Part shown: positions 61,088-64,000 of the stretch, in pieces
How positions within the stretch are numbered: position 1 is the stretch's first letter
Layout of the letters: each line of letters begins with the position of its first letter
DNA from: the human T2T-CHM13v2.0 reference genome, Homo sapiens
DNA: 64,000 nucleotides
NCBI RefSeq assembly: GCF_009914755.1
Contig: NC_060947.1
Strand: one strand, 5' to 3'
Notes under the pieces: model-generated
What the model was told of the DNA's origin: nothing
Database searches by the model: none
The model's input: the letters and a program-made list of their open reading frames with translations, nothing else
Program-made: the position numbers and the translations under genes

Positions 61088-64000
<2,913 letters not shown>

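Overview
Primate genomic DNA (hominid-like: it contains AluY, L1PA3-type and L1PA2-type elements) that is essentially 100% transposable-element derived. I see no host gene, exon or RNA gene. Every ORF in the supplied track is a LINE-1/ERV remnant, an antisense frame of one, or a microsatellite frame. The window is a deep nest of LINE-1s of many ages, almost all on the minus strand. It also holds MaLR LTR elements (MST, THE1), a MER4-group ERV fragment, three Alus, a FAM monomer, an MLT2A solo LTR and a two-LTR HERV-K(HML-5)/LTR22 provirus with a tRNA-Met PBS. The most notable structures are: (i) a TSD-flanked L1PA3 with a complete 5'UTR, near-complete ORF1 and a clean loss of the EN+RT region (HAL1-like layout), plus two tandem duplications in its 5'UTR; (ii) extreme strand polarity; (iii) four-level nesting (L1M > L1PA > HML-5 > L1PA2); (iv) a templated 61-bp self-insertion and a snap-back palindrome cluster in the one long plus-strand L1; (v) an L1-ERV fusion. 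I found no convincing evidence of a new biological system; the best candidates are given as testable hypotheses. Subfamily names come from recalled consensus sequences, not from a database search, and boundaries of old L1M pieces are approximate.
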